Below are positions 1 through 9,689 of a stretch of 64,000 bases of DNA, piece by piece (within the stretch, counting starts at the first letter, position 1; every line of letters begins with the position of its first letter). The stretch is taken from positions 320,001 through 384,000 of the forward strand of contig CAXXTH010000023.1 in NCBI GenBank assembly GCA_963668025.2, read 5' to 3'. A program made the translations under genes and the position numbers. This stretch comes from Candidatus Hydrogenedentota bacterium (GTDB lineage Bacteria; Hydrogenedentota; Hydrogenedentia; Hydrogenedentales; SLHB01). The notes under the pieces were generated by a model. The model was given only the letters and a program-made list of their open reading frames with translations, ran no database searches and was not told the origin of the DNA.

Positions 1-1085
1 TCGATGATCGCGGAAACTTTATATCCGGTGATGTCGCCCGGCTCGGTTGTCGTCTCGATTTTAGTACGGCTCGGGTCATTGTTGGTGATGGTTTCATTGG
101 TTTTTTCGACGGTTTTTGTCGATGTAGGGCCCGGCGAGCCTTCCGGGGCATTGGCGTATACGCCCGGAGGCCCCTGGGGCAAGGATTCTTCCGTGCTCAG
201 ATTCGAGGTGGTTTCCGCGGCGCTGATAGGAGCGCCTTCCTCGACGCGTTCTTCCTGGGTTTTTTTTATGCTAAAATCGAGCTTCGCGCTCACGGTCACC
301 GTGGCTTTTTTGCCGATCTTCTGAAAAACCTCGTCAATTTTTTTCTCGCGCTCTCTTTCCCATTTGCTGATTTGGTCTTGTTTATTCGAGGCCAAGCGGG
401 CCACTTCGTCTTTCGGGCCATTGAGATGTATGCCGTCGCTGGTGACCAGCGTAATATGATTGCGGTCGAGATTAGCCCCGCCGAAGGCCGATATGATGCC
501 GAGCATGGCATCCTTTTCCTGTTCGGTGGGAGGCCGGTTTGTCGTGATGGTGACGGCGGCTTCCGAGGGGGCCTGGTTTTTTTTAATCAGCGACTCTTTT
601 GCGAAATTGATGAAGACGACGGATTGTTCGATAAAGTCCAATTCATTAAGCTGCCGCTGGAGCTCGCCTTGGATGGCCCGTTTGCGGTTGTCTTCCCGTT
701 GATCGGGGCTGGTGAACATGTTGGTTTCGTCCAGGAGCTCCCATCCCTTACTGAGGCCGTATCGAGTGGGCAGTTTTTGGGCGCTGAGGACCATGCGGGC
801 GCGCGATGCGTCGGTATCACGCACGCGGATGGTCGTCTCCATATCGGCCATTTTGTACAAGATGCCCTCTTCTTTAAGGAGCGCCTGCATTTTGCCAACT
901 TCTTCGGCGTTTTCAAGCCCGCTGTAGAGGTTGACATATTGGGGCTGGGCTCCTGAGATGACCAGGGCGGCGATGATGGAGAGGGTGGCTAAAACCGCCA
1001 GGCCTATATTGATGCGAGCGCTGACAGTCAGGCGGGTCCACGCCTGCTTGGCGCCGAGCCATAATTGGCGCACGAATTCCAGCAC
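1..1085 (-). CDS. fliF: Flagellar M-ring protein FliF, 5' part (runs off the window edge)
   Basis: Not in the ORF track because there is no stop in the window. Manual translation from GTG at 1085 (RBS GAGGGA): MLEFVRQLWLGAKQAWTRLTVSARINIGLAVLATLSIIAALVISGAQPQYVNLYSGL...GWELLDETNMFTSPDQREDNRKRAIQGELQRQLNELDFIEQSVVFI...PSEAAVTI. These are FliF N-terminal motifs, and the gene follows fliE. Confidence 0.9.
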   Translation of the reverse strand, partial: MLEFVRQLWLGAKQAWTRLTVSARINIGLAVLATLSIIAALVISGAQPQYVNLYSGLENAEEVGKMQALLKEEGILYKMADMETTIRVRDTDASRARMVLSAQKLPTRYGLSKGWELLDETNMFTSPDQREDNRKRAIQGELQRQLNELDFIEQSVVFINFAKESLIKKNQAPSEAAVTITTNRPPTEQEKDAMLGIISAFGGANLDRNHITLVTSDGIHLNGPKDEVARLASNKQDQISKWEREREKKIDEVFQKIGKKATVTVSAKLDFSIKKTQEERVEEGAPISAAETTSNLSTEESLPQGPPGVYANAPEGSPGPTSTKTVEKTNETITNNDPSRTKIETTTEPGDITGYKVSAII

Positions 1086-1523
1086 GGATTATCCCTCGCT
1101 TGTTCCGGCATGGAAGCCGGTGTGTTGCCGCGCTATGCCGCACGCCCAATCAGAAATAGAGCGTGCCCGAGCCCATGTCGAATCCCACGGCAGGGCGTGA
1201 GCGTTTTTGGGAGATTCAACTATCCGCTCCGCGCGGGAAACGGCTGGCGCCCCATGGGTCCGCCCACCGTCCCATCGAGTCCGAGAGACGTGCTGCTGCG
1301 CCGGCCTGCCTGGGATGAGAACATGCGCCGGACTACGCCACAAACGGCTATCGAGCGGGCTTTTGCCCGCTTGCTTTCCGCGCTGGCGCGCCGGACGCGG
1401 CTCCCACCACCTCGCTGGGCCGGCTGCGAGTTGACGGAGAACGCTCACAGTCGATCCTGCATCCTTACGCGAAAGTGGCGGGGCTTGCGCCCCACACATC
1501 CGGCCACAAGGCCGAATGCGCTC

Positions 1524-1850
1524 CTAAACTTGCATCCGCATGATTTCTTCGTATGCGGCCACCATTTTATTCCGAACGGCCATCATGGTTTGGAACGACA
1601 TATCGGCTTTTTCGACGGCGACTACCGCATCGGATACGTCTTTGATCTCGCCAGACACTACTTGTTTGATGCTGGTATCTGCTTCGTTTTGAAGCCGCTG
1701 CACCTCGCCGATGGATTCCGTAAGGAGCTCTTTGAAACTTTTCGCACCCGATGCCGTTTCCGTGCGGGCAATGCGAGGCTGCAGCGGATCCACTTCACTG
1801 GAAGACATACGAGCGCTGCCGATGCTTGATATGTACGGCGCGTCTGCCAT
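1524..1850 (-). CDS. fliE: Flagellar hook-basal body protein FliE
   Basis: SFKELL...DVSDAVVAVEKADMSFQTMMAVRNKMVAAYEEIMRMQV matches the FliE C-terminus. Confidence 0.95.
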   Translation of the reverse strand: MADAPYISSIGSARMSSSEVDPLQPRIARTETASGAKSFKELLTESIGEVQRLQNEADTSIKQVVSGEIKDVSDAVVAVEKADMSFQTMMAVRNKMVAAYEEIMRMQV

Positions 1851-1878
1851 TCCGCTTGCCTCCTACCTCTTCGACACG

Positions 1879-2310
1879 TTATGTACTCGACAACAGATCC
1901 AACGTTTTCGCCGTCATGGTCCTATCCGTTTGCATGACGGCGATATTGGCGTCATACGCCCGCTGCGCCACCACCATATCCACCATTTCCATGGCGATAT
2001 CCACGTTGGGGTACGCCACCATGCCTTCTGCATTGGCGTCGGGGTGGCTGGGGTTATACACCATCCGCAAGGATGATGGATCTTGTGCAATACGCTTAAC
2101 CTTCACCCCATACTTGGATGGATCAATCGTGGGCTCAAGGGCTTCGCCACGTACAATCGCCACTTGCCGCCGAAACGCACCACCGCCATCGGGCGTGCGG
2201 GTCGTTTGCGCATTCGCAATATTGTTTGCGATGACATTCATGCATATCCGCTGGGTTTTAAGCCCGCTCGCCGCGATGTCTCGCGCGGAAATTGCATCTA
2301 ACAGGGCCAT
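1879..2310 (-). CDS. flgC: Flagellar basal-body rod protein FlgC
   Basis: ASGLKTQRICMNVIANNIANAQTTRTPDGG...YNPSHPDANAEGMVAYPNVD...EMVDMVVAQRAYDAN. Confidence 0.95.
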   Translation of the reverse strand: MALLDAISARDIAASGLKTQRICMNVIANNIANAQTTRTPDGGGAFRRQVAIVRGEALEPTIDPSKYGVKVKRIAQDPSSLRMVYNPSHPDANAEGMVAYPNVDIAMEMVDMVVAQRAYDANIAVMQTDRTMTAKTLDLLSST

Positions 2311-2379
2311 GGCGCACCTTTCGCGTTGTGCTCACCTTTGCCTCAATTACACTATATATTGTTGCATAAGGGCTGTCAA

Positions 2380-2775
2380 CTACCGTATATTGGTTAGCAT
2401 CGAGCGGTACTGGCCAAATCTGCTTTGCAACAACGAACTATATAGTGTGTAGCGCCCCGCGTTTTCCGCTAGACCGGTTATCTCTTCCTCCAGATCGACC
2501 TTATTATAGTCGTTCTTGGAACGGTCGGCAAGACGTTCAAAATCCACCAAGTTACGCGTAGAGTCGAGATGGCGTGGATCCGTTCTGCGGAGCGAGAACC
2601 GGTCCCGCCCCTCGAGTACGGCGCGCAAGGTTTCTTGAAAGTCCATATGCACGGGGTTGAAATTAGGCGTGTTCACGTTGGCGATGTTGTTGGCAATCAA
2701 GCGATGGTTCATCTGAGCCGTACGCATGCCTGCCTGCAGCAAATCAATCGTGTCCACTCCTGAGAACGCCGGCAC
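2380..2775 (-). CDS. flgB: Flagellar basal-body rod protein FlgB
   Basis: HRLIANNIANVNTPNF...NKVDLEEE motif; first gene of the flgB-flgC-fliE-fliF order. Confidence 0.95.
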   Translation of the reverse strand: MPAFSGVDTIDLLQAGMRTAQMNHRLIANNIANVNTPNFNPVHMDFQETLRAVLEGRDRFSLRRTDPRHLDSTRNLVDFERLADRSKNDYNKVDLEEEITGLAENAGRYTLYSSLLQSRFGQYRSMLTNIR

Positions 2776-2927
2776 GTCTTGCTCCTTTCTTTAGGTAGCC
2801 CGCGGCTCGGTCCGCGGTTTTCGGCGAGAGGGCCCGGCGCAGGCCCTGCGTCGCCTTGAGCGCTCCGGCGCACCTTTCGCTCCTTCGAGCGGCGCGCCGG
2901 AGCTTAGTTCTCCGTCAGCGTTATAGA

Positions 2928-2943
2928 AGCAACCGGTATGCCA
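2928..2943 (-). promoter_or_regulatory. Sigma54 (-24/-12) promoter of the flagellar operon
   Basis: Minus strand reads TGGCATACCGGTTGCT, matching TGGCA-N6-TTGCW, ~150 bp upstream of flgB. Confidence 0.8.
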
Positions 2944-3125
2944 AGGAAGGGGATGGTCTTAAGTGGTTGTATTTAAACAAGATACGTGTATTGGGAAAAT
3001 GACATGCAGGCTAAGTCGGCATATTTTACCTAAAGGACGCGTCTTCTTTTCCGGGTAAGGGTGGATTTTCCCGCAAGACTCTGTATGCATATACTCAATA
3101 TCTACGCGCTGGGATACGCTGTAAA

Positions 3126-3198
3126 CTCTTGGTGTCTTCGAGTCTTTGTGGTGAAAGATCCGGAAAGATTCACCACAAAGCCACAAGGGCACAAAGAG
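3126..3198. repeat. 73-bp imperfect palindrome, type B, copy 1
   Basis: CTCTTGGTGTCTTCGAGTCTTTGTGGTGAA-13 nt-TTCACCACAAAGCCACAAGGGCACAAAGAG. Confidence 0.9.
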
Positions 3199-3244
3199 GC
3201 TCTCAAGAATTTATTGGATTTGCTATAGTACAGGAAAAGAATGC

Positions 3245-3274
3245 TTGATGGAATATGAATCGATACGTTATAGT
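3245..3274 (+). promoter_or_regulatory. Putative sigma70 promoter, repeated in each tandem unit
   Basis: TTGATG-N18-TATAGT, with RBS GGAGG at 3308-3312; identical copies precede 4953 and 6600. Confidence 0.5.
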
Positions 3275-3316
3275 AAACTGTAGAAACGTAGTATCCACAT
3301 TCCGGAAGGAGGCCCC

Positions 3317-4612
3317 ATGATGATGACGAGAAATGATGGGCGGCTGGCCTGGATAGTCTTGATTGCAGTGTTGCCGCTTGCTTTTGCATTCTGCGAAACC
3401 GCGCTGGCGACAAGTCTCTCGGACTTACCCATCGGCCATCTTAAGGTGACGGTTGGAGACGGCGGCCTAATCAATGTCGAAGCCCGATGTGTGCCCACCA
3501 AAGATATCATCAATGAAATCGCTCAAAAAACAGGCAAGACAGTGGTATATGACTGTGACGTGAAGACCTATGGGTCCGTCTACCAGTCCGTTGAGCAGTG
3601 GAAGGCTCCTAAGTGGTGGGTGTCCAAAGAAAACACTGCTCCGGGTGTTAGTATCAGAGAGGATGGAAATGTCTGGCACGTCAAGGCTTCATACTCCCCG
3701 GAATCCCGGAAATACGACGCAGCTCTGACGGAGGCGCAGATCGTCGATTCATGCACGACTTCGATTCATCCGGTTCTATTGACGGAAGCGACAGAAGGCG
3801 CTTTGGATACGGGCATCCTCATCTACAATGGCCATTACGTTCCGGGTCCGTACAAAGTAGAGACCACTGCGGATAATTCCGGCCGAATGAACGTCCAGAT
3901 CAATGGTTTAGTTGTTGAGTCGCTTGACACGACTCCGCCAGAATCACCAGAACCACCATCCAGTCTACCAGACTCTGGACAATTTGACGACAGAGTCAAA
4001 TTGGGGATGTATCTGAGTTACGTTCTTTTGCCACAAATGGTGGATGAGTACGGGCCTGATGTTGCGCCGCAGAAAATACGTGATTTTCTCAAGACTCAGT
4101 CTATCGTGGGACGTATTCTTACTCCCGAGGAATCCTCCGATTACCCGTATCCGAATAATATATGGATTGAATTTGCGGATCATCCAGGAGCTCCAGTAAA
4201 TGCTATCATAGGCGGTATCGACATGCAGACAGGCAAACCATCTGAAGACAATGTACCCATGTCGTCGTTTACCGTCGACGAAAATGTACAGAGTATGCTG
4301 CGTGTGTATAATAAATATTTGGGAAGATCTGGGGTGCTGATCTGCGGTAAGAATCAAATCGTGATTGACATTGTAAATTTGGATAACCTTAAGCGATTTC
4401 CCGATGCAGTGGCGAGTGAGAATACGATGTCTATCCTGCAAACAGAGTGTCTTATCCATGAAATTGTTCCAGAGCGCCCCATCGCGCGTCTGATGGCGGT
4501 GAACCTGCGCGAGAACGCGGATGCGCTTGTTAATCGGCTGCAGAGGATGCTTTCGGATCGGGAGGAAGAGCGTATAAAGGCGAGAGCTATACCGGCGGCG
4601 TCACAGCAGTGA
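3317..4612 (+). CDS. Secreted hypothetical protein, 431 aa, copy 1 (signal peptide, STN-like N-terminal segment)
   Basis: Sec signal ending ALA; INVEARCVPTKDIINEIAQKTGKTVVYD resembles secretin/TonB N-terminal domains; strong RBS. Confidence 0.85.
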   Translation: MMMTRNDGRLAWIVLIAVLPLAFAFCETALATSLSDLPIGHLKVTVGDGGLINVEARCVPTKDIINEIAQKTGKTVVYDCDVKTYGSVYQSVEQWKAPKWWVSKENTAPGVSIREDGNVWHVKASYSPESRKYDAALTEAQIVDSCTTSIHPVLLTEATEGALDTGILIYNGHYVPGPYKVETTADNSGRMNVQINGLVVESLDTTPPESPEPPSSLPDSGQFDDRVKLGMYLSYVLLPQMVDEYGPDVAPQKIRDFLKTQSIVGRILTPEESSDYPYPNNIWIEFADHPGAPVNAIIGGIDMQTGKPSEDNVPMSSFTVDENVQSMLRVYNKYLGRSGVLICGKNQIVIDIVNLDNLKRFPDAVASENTMSILQTECLIHEIVPERPIARLMAVNLRENADALVNRLQRMLSDREEERIKARAIPAASQQ

Positions 4613-4761
4613 GTCTCGATAGAAAAGACAAAGCAAAGCCAGGAATTACGATTATATATCCGTATATGCCAGTTTATTAATGCATGTTGAGCGGCCACTT
4701 TAGGGACAGTTCGGCCTTACATGCTTGCGCTCATGCGTTATGCGCTGAGATGCGCTGCGAA

Positions 4762-4834
4762 CTCTTGGTGTCTTCGAGTCTTTGTGGTGAAAGATCCGGA
4801 AAGATTCACCACAAAGTCACAAAGACACCAAGAG
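4762..4834. repeat. 73-bp palindrome, type B, copy 2
   Basis: Same left arm as copy 1; right arm TTCACCACAAAGTCACAAAGACACCAAGAG. Confidence 0.9.
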
Positions 4835-4952
4835 GCTCTCAAGAATTCATTGGATTTGCTGTAGTACAGGAAAAGAATGCTTGATGGAATATGAATCGAT
4901 ACGTTATAGTAAACTGTAGAAACGTAGTATCCACATTCCGGAAGGAGGCCCC

Positions 4953-6248
4953 ATGATGATGGCGAGAAAAGATAGGCGGCTGGCCTGGATAGTCTTGATT
5001 GCAGTGTTGCCGCTTGCTTTTGCATTCTGCAAAACCGCGCTGGCGGCAAGTCTCTCGGACTTTCCCATCGGCCATCTTAAGGTGACGGTTGGAGACGACG
5101 GCTTAATCAACGTCGAGGCACGGTGCGTTCCCACCAAGGACATCATCAACGAAATCGCCAAGAAAACGGGCAAGACCGTCGTCTATGACTGTGACATCAA
5201 GACCTACGGGTCCGCCTACCGGCCCGTGGATCAATGGAGAGCTCCTGAGTGGTGGGCGTCCAATGAAAACACGGCTCCGGGCGTTAGTATCATAGAGGAT
5301 GGAAATGTCTGGCACGTCAAGGCTTCATACTCCACGGAATCCAAGGAATACAATGCGGCCCTGACGGAAGCGCAGATCGTCGAATCATGCACGACTTCGA
5401 TTCATTCGGTGAAATTAACGGAAGCGACAGAAGGCACTTTGGATACGGGCATCCTCATCTATAATGGCCATTATGTTCCGGGTCCGTACAAAGTAGAGAC
5501 CACTGCGGATAATTCCGGCAGAAAAAATATCAAGATCAATGGTTTGGTTGTAGCGTCGCTTGACACGACTCCGCCAGAATCATCAGGACCGCCTCCCAGC
5601 CTACCGGATTCTGGACAATTTGAAGACAATGGAAGCTTATTGAACTATTTGAGTGATGTGCTCTTGCCGCAAATAGTAGATGAGTATGGTGCTGACGCGG
5701 CACCGGACAAAATACGCGATTTTCTCAAAACCCAGCATATCGTGAGCCGCATTCTTACGCCCGAGGAGTCCTCCGATTACCCGTATCCGAATAATATATG
5801 GATTGAATTTGCGGATCATCCTGGAGCGCCATTAAATGCTATCGCGGGCGGAATCGACATGCAGACCGGTAGGCATATTGTGGACGATGTGCCCATGTCG
5901 TCTTCTACCGTCGACGAAAATATACAGAGTCTACTACGTGAATATAATATGCATATGAGCAAGTTTGGAGTGCTAATATACGGTGATAATCACGGCTATA
6001 TTGGCATTTCGGATTTGGATAACCTTAAACGATTTTCTGACGCGGTGGCGAGTGAAAACACAATGTCCATCCCGCAAACGGAGTGTCTTATTTCTGAAGT
6101 TATCGGTATTCGCTTTGTCGCGCGTAGTCTGGCGGTGAACTTACGCGAGAATGCGGATGCGCTTGTTAGCCGGTTGCAGAGGATGCTTTCGGAGCGGGAG
6201 GAAGAGCGTATAAAGGCGAGAGCTATACCGGCGGCGTCACAGCAGTGA
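4953..6248 (+). CDS. Secreted hypothetical protein, 431 aa, copy 2
   Basis: Colinear paralog of 3317..4612. Confidence 0.85.
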   Translation: MMMARKDRRLAWIVLIAVLPLAFAFCKTALAASLSDFPIGHLKVTVGDDGLINVEARCVPTKDIINEIAKKTGKTVVYDCDIKTYGSAYRPVDQWRAPEWWASNENTAPGVSIIEDGNVWHVKASYSTESKEYNAALTEAQIVESCTTSIHSVKLTEATEGTLDTGILIYNGHYVPGPYKVETTADNSGRKNIKINGLVVASLDTTPPESSGPPPSLPDSGQFEDNGSLLNYLSDVLLPQIVDEYGADAAPDKIRDFLKTQHIVSRILTPEESSDYPYPNNIWIEFADHPGAPLNAIAGGIDMQTGRHIVDDVPMSSSTVDENIQSLLREYNMHMSKFGVLIYGDNHGYIGISDLDNLKRFSDAVASENTMSIPQTECLISEVIGIRFVARSLAVNLRENADALVSRLQRMLSEREEERIKARAIPAASQQ

Positions 6249-6408
6249 GTCTCGATAGAAAAGACAAAGCAAAGCCAGGAATTACGATTACGCATCCGTA
6301 CGTACCAGATTTCTATGGATACTTCCTTATATGTTGAGCGGCCACTTTCGGGACAGTTCGGCCTTACATGCTTGCGCTCATGCGTTATGCGCTGAGATAC
6401 GCTGTAAA

Positions 6409-6481
6409 CTCTTAGTGTCTTCGAGTCTTTGTGGTGAAAGATCCGGAAAGATTCACCACAAAGCCACCAAGACACCAAGAG
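6409..6481. repeat. 73-bp palindrome, type B, copy 3
   Basis: Right arm TTCACCACAAAGCCACCAAGACACCAAGAG. Confidence 0.9.
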
Positions 6482-6599
6482 GCTCTCAAGAATCTATGGG
6501 ATTTGCTATAGTACAGGAAAAGAATGCTTGATGGAATATGAATCGATACGTTATAGTAAACTGTAGAAACGTAGTATCCACATTCCGGAAGGAGGCCCC

Positions 6600-7895
6600 A
6601 TGATGATGGCGAGAAAAGATGGGCGGCTGGCCTGGATAGTCTTGATTGCAGTGTTGCCGCTTGCTTTTGCATTCTGCAAAACCGCGCTGGCGGCAAGCCT
6701 CTCGGACTTTCCCATCGGCCATCTTATGGTGACGGTGAGGGACGACGGCCTGATGAACGTGGAGGCCCGCTGTGTTCCCACCAAGGACATCATCAACGAA
6801 ATCGCCAAGAAAACGGGCAAGACCGTCATCTATGACTGTGACGTCAAGACCTACGGGTCCGCCTACCGGCCCGTGGATCAATGGAGAGCTCCTGAGTGGT
6901 GGGCGTCCAATGAAAACACGGCTCCGGGCGTTAGTATCATAGAGGATGGAAATGTCTGGCACGTCAAGGCTTCATACTCCACGGAATCCAAGGAATACAA
7001 TGCGGCCCTGACGGAAGCGCAGATCGTCGAATCATGCACGACTTCGATTCATCCGGTGAAATTAACGGAAGCTACAGAAGGCACTTTGGATACGGGCATC
7101 CTCATCTATAATGGCCATTATGTTCCGGGTCCGTACAAAGTAGAGACCACTGCGGATGATTCCGGCCGGATGAACGTCGAGATCAATGGTTTGGTTGTGG
7201 CGTCGCTTGACACGACTCCGCCAGAATCACCAGGACCACCGCCCAGCCTACCGGATTCTGGACAATTTGAAGATAAGGGAAGTTTGTTGAACTATCTGAG
7301 TGATGTGCTCTTGCCGCAAATGGTGGATGAGTACGGGCCAGATGATGCGCGGCAGAAAATATGCGATTTCCTTGAAACCCAGTCTATCGTGGGACGTATT
7401 CTTACTCCCGAGGAGTCCTCCGATTACCCGTATCCGGATAATATATGGATTGAATTTGCGGATCATCCTGGAGCGCCATTAAATGCTATCGCGGGCGGAA
7501 TCGACATGCAGACCGGTAGGCATATTGTGGACGATGTGCCCATGTCGTCTTCTACCGTCGACGAAAATATACAGAGTCTACTACGTGAATATAATATGCA
7601 TATGAGCAAGTTTGGAGTGCTAATATACGGTGATAATCACGGCTATATTGGCATTTCGAATTTGGATAACCTTAAACGTTTTTCTGACGCGGTGGCGAGT
7701 GAAAACACAATGTCCATCCCGCAAACGGAGTGTCTTATTTCTGAAGTTATCGGTATTCGCTTTGTCGCGCGTAGTCTGGCGGTGAACCTACGCGAGAATG
7801 CGGATGCGCTTGTTAGCCGGTTGCAGAGGATGCTTTCGGAGCGGGAGGAAGAGCGTATAAAGGCGAGAGCCATACAGGCAGCGCCACAACAGTGA
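6600..7895 (+). CDS. Secreted hypothetical protein, 431 aa, copy 3
   Basis: Colinear paralog; mostly like copy 2, with patches like copy 1. Confidence 0.85.
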   Translation: MMMARKDGRLAWIVLIAVLPLAFAFCKTALAASLSDFPIGHLMVTVRDDGLMNVEARCVPTKDIINEIAKKTGKTVIYDCDVKTYGSAYRPVDQWRAPEWWASNENTAPGVSIIEDGNVWHVKASYSTESKEYNAALTEAQIVESCTTSIHPVKLTEATEGTLDTGILIYNGHYVPGPYKVETTADDSGRMNVEINGLVVASLDTTPPESPGPPPSLPDSGQFEDKGSLLNYLSDVLLPQMVDEYGPDDARQKICDFLETQSIVGRILTPEESSDYPYPDNIWIEFADHPGAPLNAIAGGIDMQTGRHIVDDVPMSSSTVDENIQSLLREYNMHMSKFGVLIYGDNHGYIGISNLDNLKRFSDAVASENTMSIPQTECLISEVIGIRFVARSLAVNLRENADALVSRLQRMLSEREEERIKARAIQAAPQQ

Positions 7896-8055
7896 ATCTC
7901 GATAGAAAAGACAAAGCAAGGCCATGAATTACGATTATATATCCGTATATGCCAGTTTATTATGGATACATCCATGCATGTTTAGCGGCCACTTTAGGGA
8001 CGGTTCAGCCTTGCATGCTTGCGCTCATGCGTTATGCGCTGAGATACGCTGCAAA

Positions 8056-8128
8056 CTCTTGGTGTCTTCGAGTCTTTGTGGTGAAAGCTCCGGAAAGATT
8101 CCCCACAAAGCCACAAAGGCACAAAGAG
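8056..8128. repeat. 73-bp palindrome, type B, copy 4 (closes the array)
   Basis: Right arm TTCCCCACAAAGCCACAAAGGCACAAAGAG. Confidence 0.9.
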
Positions 8129-8162
8129 GCTCTCAAGAATTCCGACTGATGTACTAAATACA

Positions 8163-9689
8163 TCACTTGGATTCGGATGCAGTTTTCACTTGTAATTGTT
8201 GAAGCCGTACGGGCTGTTCGCCGACGGCTTCCAGCGAGAGGGCTCCATTGGTGTAGTCATAGGCGCGTCCCGTGAAACCAAAGGAGTCATTGATAATGCA
8301 TTCCACGCAGGTGCCCAACACAAACAATTTGATGTCTATTGGCTGTGCAAGGTCTGGCTGCCATGAGGTTTTCTTAAACTGATAGCCTTTGCACACGAGT
8401 CCGATCTGATGGCTGGGCAGATCGATGTCTATCGTATACCCGCTATCGGATTCTTCCTTGTTTTTGCGGAAATGTATTTTCAGATGTTGCTGGCTATTTT
8501 TCATGTCGGCCACACCGTGTAGGAAATAGTTTTTAGGGGTATCGAAGAACAGTTCCTGGCCTTTTCCAGCCTCGATGTTCTGCTGGTCGAGTTCCACATG
8601 GTCAAAGTAATCGAGGATTTCTTTAGGAAAACGTTCGAGCAATTGGCCATCCGAACCGAAGTGGATCTCGCGGGGCAGGGATAATATGCCAGGCCCGTTT
8701 ACCGGCGCGGCGTCGGTATAATCCAGTGTGGGGTTCTTTGGATCTTTGAGCGTATTTATCCAGGCATACAGTAAATAGCGTTTTCCGTCATACATCCCTT
8801 TGGGGACGGCGAAAAGGCCATGATCGTAAGCCTGCCGGGTAAATGGCCCTTCGATGGATTTCGACCGGGAATAGGACATATGCTGGATCAGATACCACTC
8901 GTTCTGATGGCGCATCATATAGGGACAATCACCCCCCACCAGGCCTGGAAGGGGAGGTTCTGCTTTCCATTGGCGCAGGTCTTCGGACGTATAATGTCCA
9001 AACACGCCATGCGGTTCTTGGGCTGTAAATGTATGCAAGAGCATCGAGTACTTGTTCAAGTCCGGATTCCAAAAGACTTCCGAGTCGCGGAATCCTTGGG
9101 GGCCATCCGGGGGGAGAGAGGCTGGCCAGGGGCCATTAATCGAGGTGTTGTAATAGATTTCCCCATCTGGATACAAGATGAACGTGGGGTCTTTTTCCCA
9201 GGTAATAAGGTCTTTGCTCGTGGCTAACATCACTTTTTGAGTGGATACCGGGTCCTCGACTCCATATCCGGTGTAGAAACAATAGAAGAGGCCGTCTTTT
9301 TCGATGATGCTTCCCGTCCAGCAACCGGAGCCATCGGGAGCTTTGGGATCGGGCGGGGGGAGCAAGGCGTCCGGCAGCTCTTTCCAATGGATGAGGTCCG
9401 TAGAGGATATATGCGCCCAAGCCAATTGTTTTACCGGGCCGCGCGGTGCTAGAAAGAAAATGTGGTATTCGCCTTTCCCATAAAAACAGATGGTGTCACC
9501 GAGGAATTTTTCCTGAGGCCAATAATGGAGCGCCGTGTATTCCTCAAACGAATTAAGATCTCTAGGCTGTTTCACTTCATTCATTTCAATTGACTCCGCT
9601 GCTACGCCGGGATGGCAGACAAGCAAGAATAGGATAAGCGTGCTAATGACTTGGATACGTATGGATTTGGGGCTGATAAACGCCATCAT
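8163..9689 (-). CDS. Secreted glycoside hydrolase family 32-like protein
   Basis: Signal peptide; LGDTICFY..EYHIFFL, WAHISSTDLIHW, GCWTGSII, FRDSEVFW and DCPY motifs of the GH32 beta-propeller, plus a C-terminal beta-sandwich. Confidence 0.85.
   Translation of the reverse strand: MMAFISPKSIRIQVISTLILFLLVCHPGVAAESIEMNEVKQPRDLNSFEEYTALHYWPQEKFLGDTICFYGKGEYHIFFLAPRGPVKQLAWAHISSTDLIHWKELPDALLPPPDPKAPDGSGCWTGSIIEKDGLFYCFYTGYGVEDPVSTQKVMLATSKDLITWEKDPTFILYPDGEIYYNTSINGPWPASLPPDGPQGFRDSEVFWNPDLNKYSMLLHTFTAQEPHGVFGHYTSEDLRQWKAEPPLPGLVGGDCPYMMRHQNEWYLIQHMSYSRSKSIEGPFTRQAYDHGLFAVPKGMYDGKRYLLYAWINTLKDPKNPTLDYTDAAPVNGPGILSLPREIHFGSDGQLLERFPKEILDYFDHVELDQQNIEAGKGQELFFDTPKNYFLHGVADMKNSQQHLKIHFRKNKEESDSGYTIDIDLPSHQIGLVCKGYQFKKTSWQPDLAQPIDIKLFVLGTCVECIINDSFGFTGRAYDYTNGALSLEAVGEQPVRLQQLQVKTASESK

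Larger units (their letters stand above)
3104..8140 (+). repeat. Tandem array of ~3 units of ~1.64 kb (palindrome, promoter, 431-aa gene, 3' spacer), closed by a fourth palindrome
   Basis: ORF starts at 3317, 4953 and 6600 (periods 1636 and 1647). The intergenic sequences are near-identical, and similarity ends at ...GGCTCTCAAGAATT (~8140). Confidence 0.95.

Noticed and set aside
4-1829. Plus-strand ORFs 4..324, 372..956 and 1065..1829
   Set aside because: Antisense shadows of fliF and fliE
3104-8140. CRISPR array or integron cassette array
   Set aside because: Spacers are 1.6-kb paralogous genes; no cas or intI gene is present, and the palindromes lack attC RYYYAAC/GTTRRRY cores
2959-8157. 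Repeated small ORFs (e.g. 3102..3413, 4684..4884, 4738..5049, 6331..6531, 7949..8149)
   Set aside because: They recur only because the DNA unit is repeated; they are translations of palindromes or antisense frames
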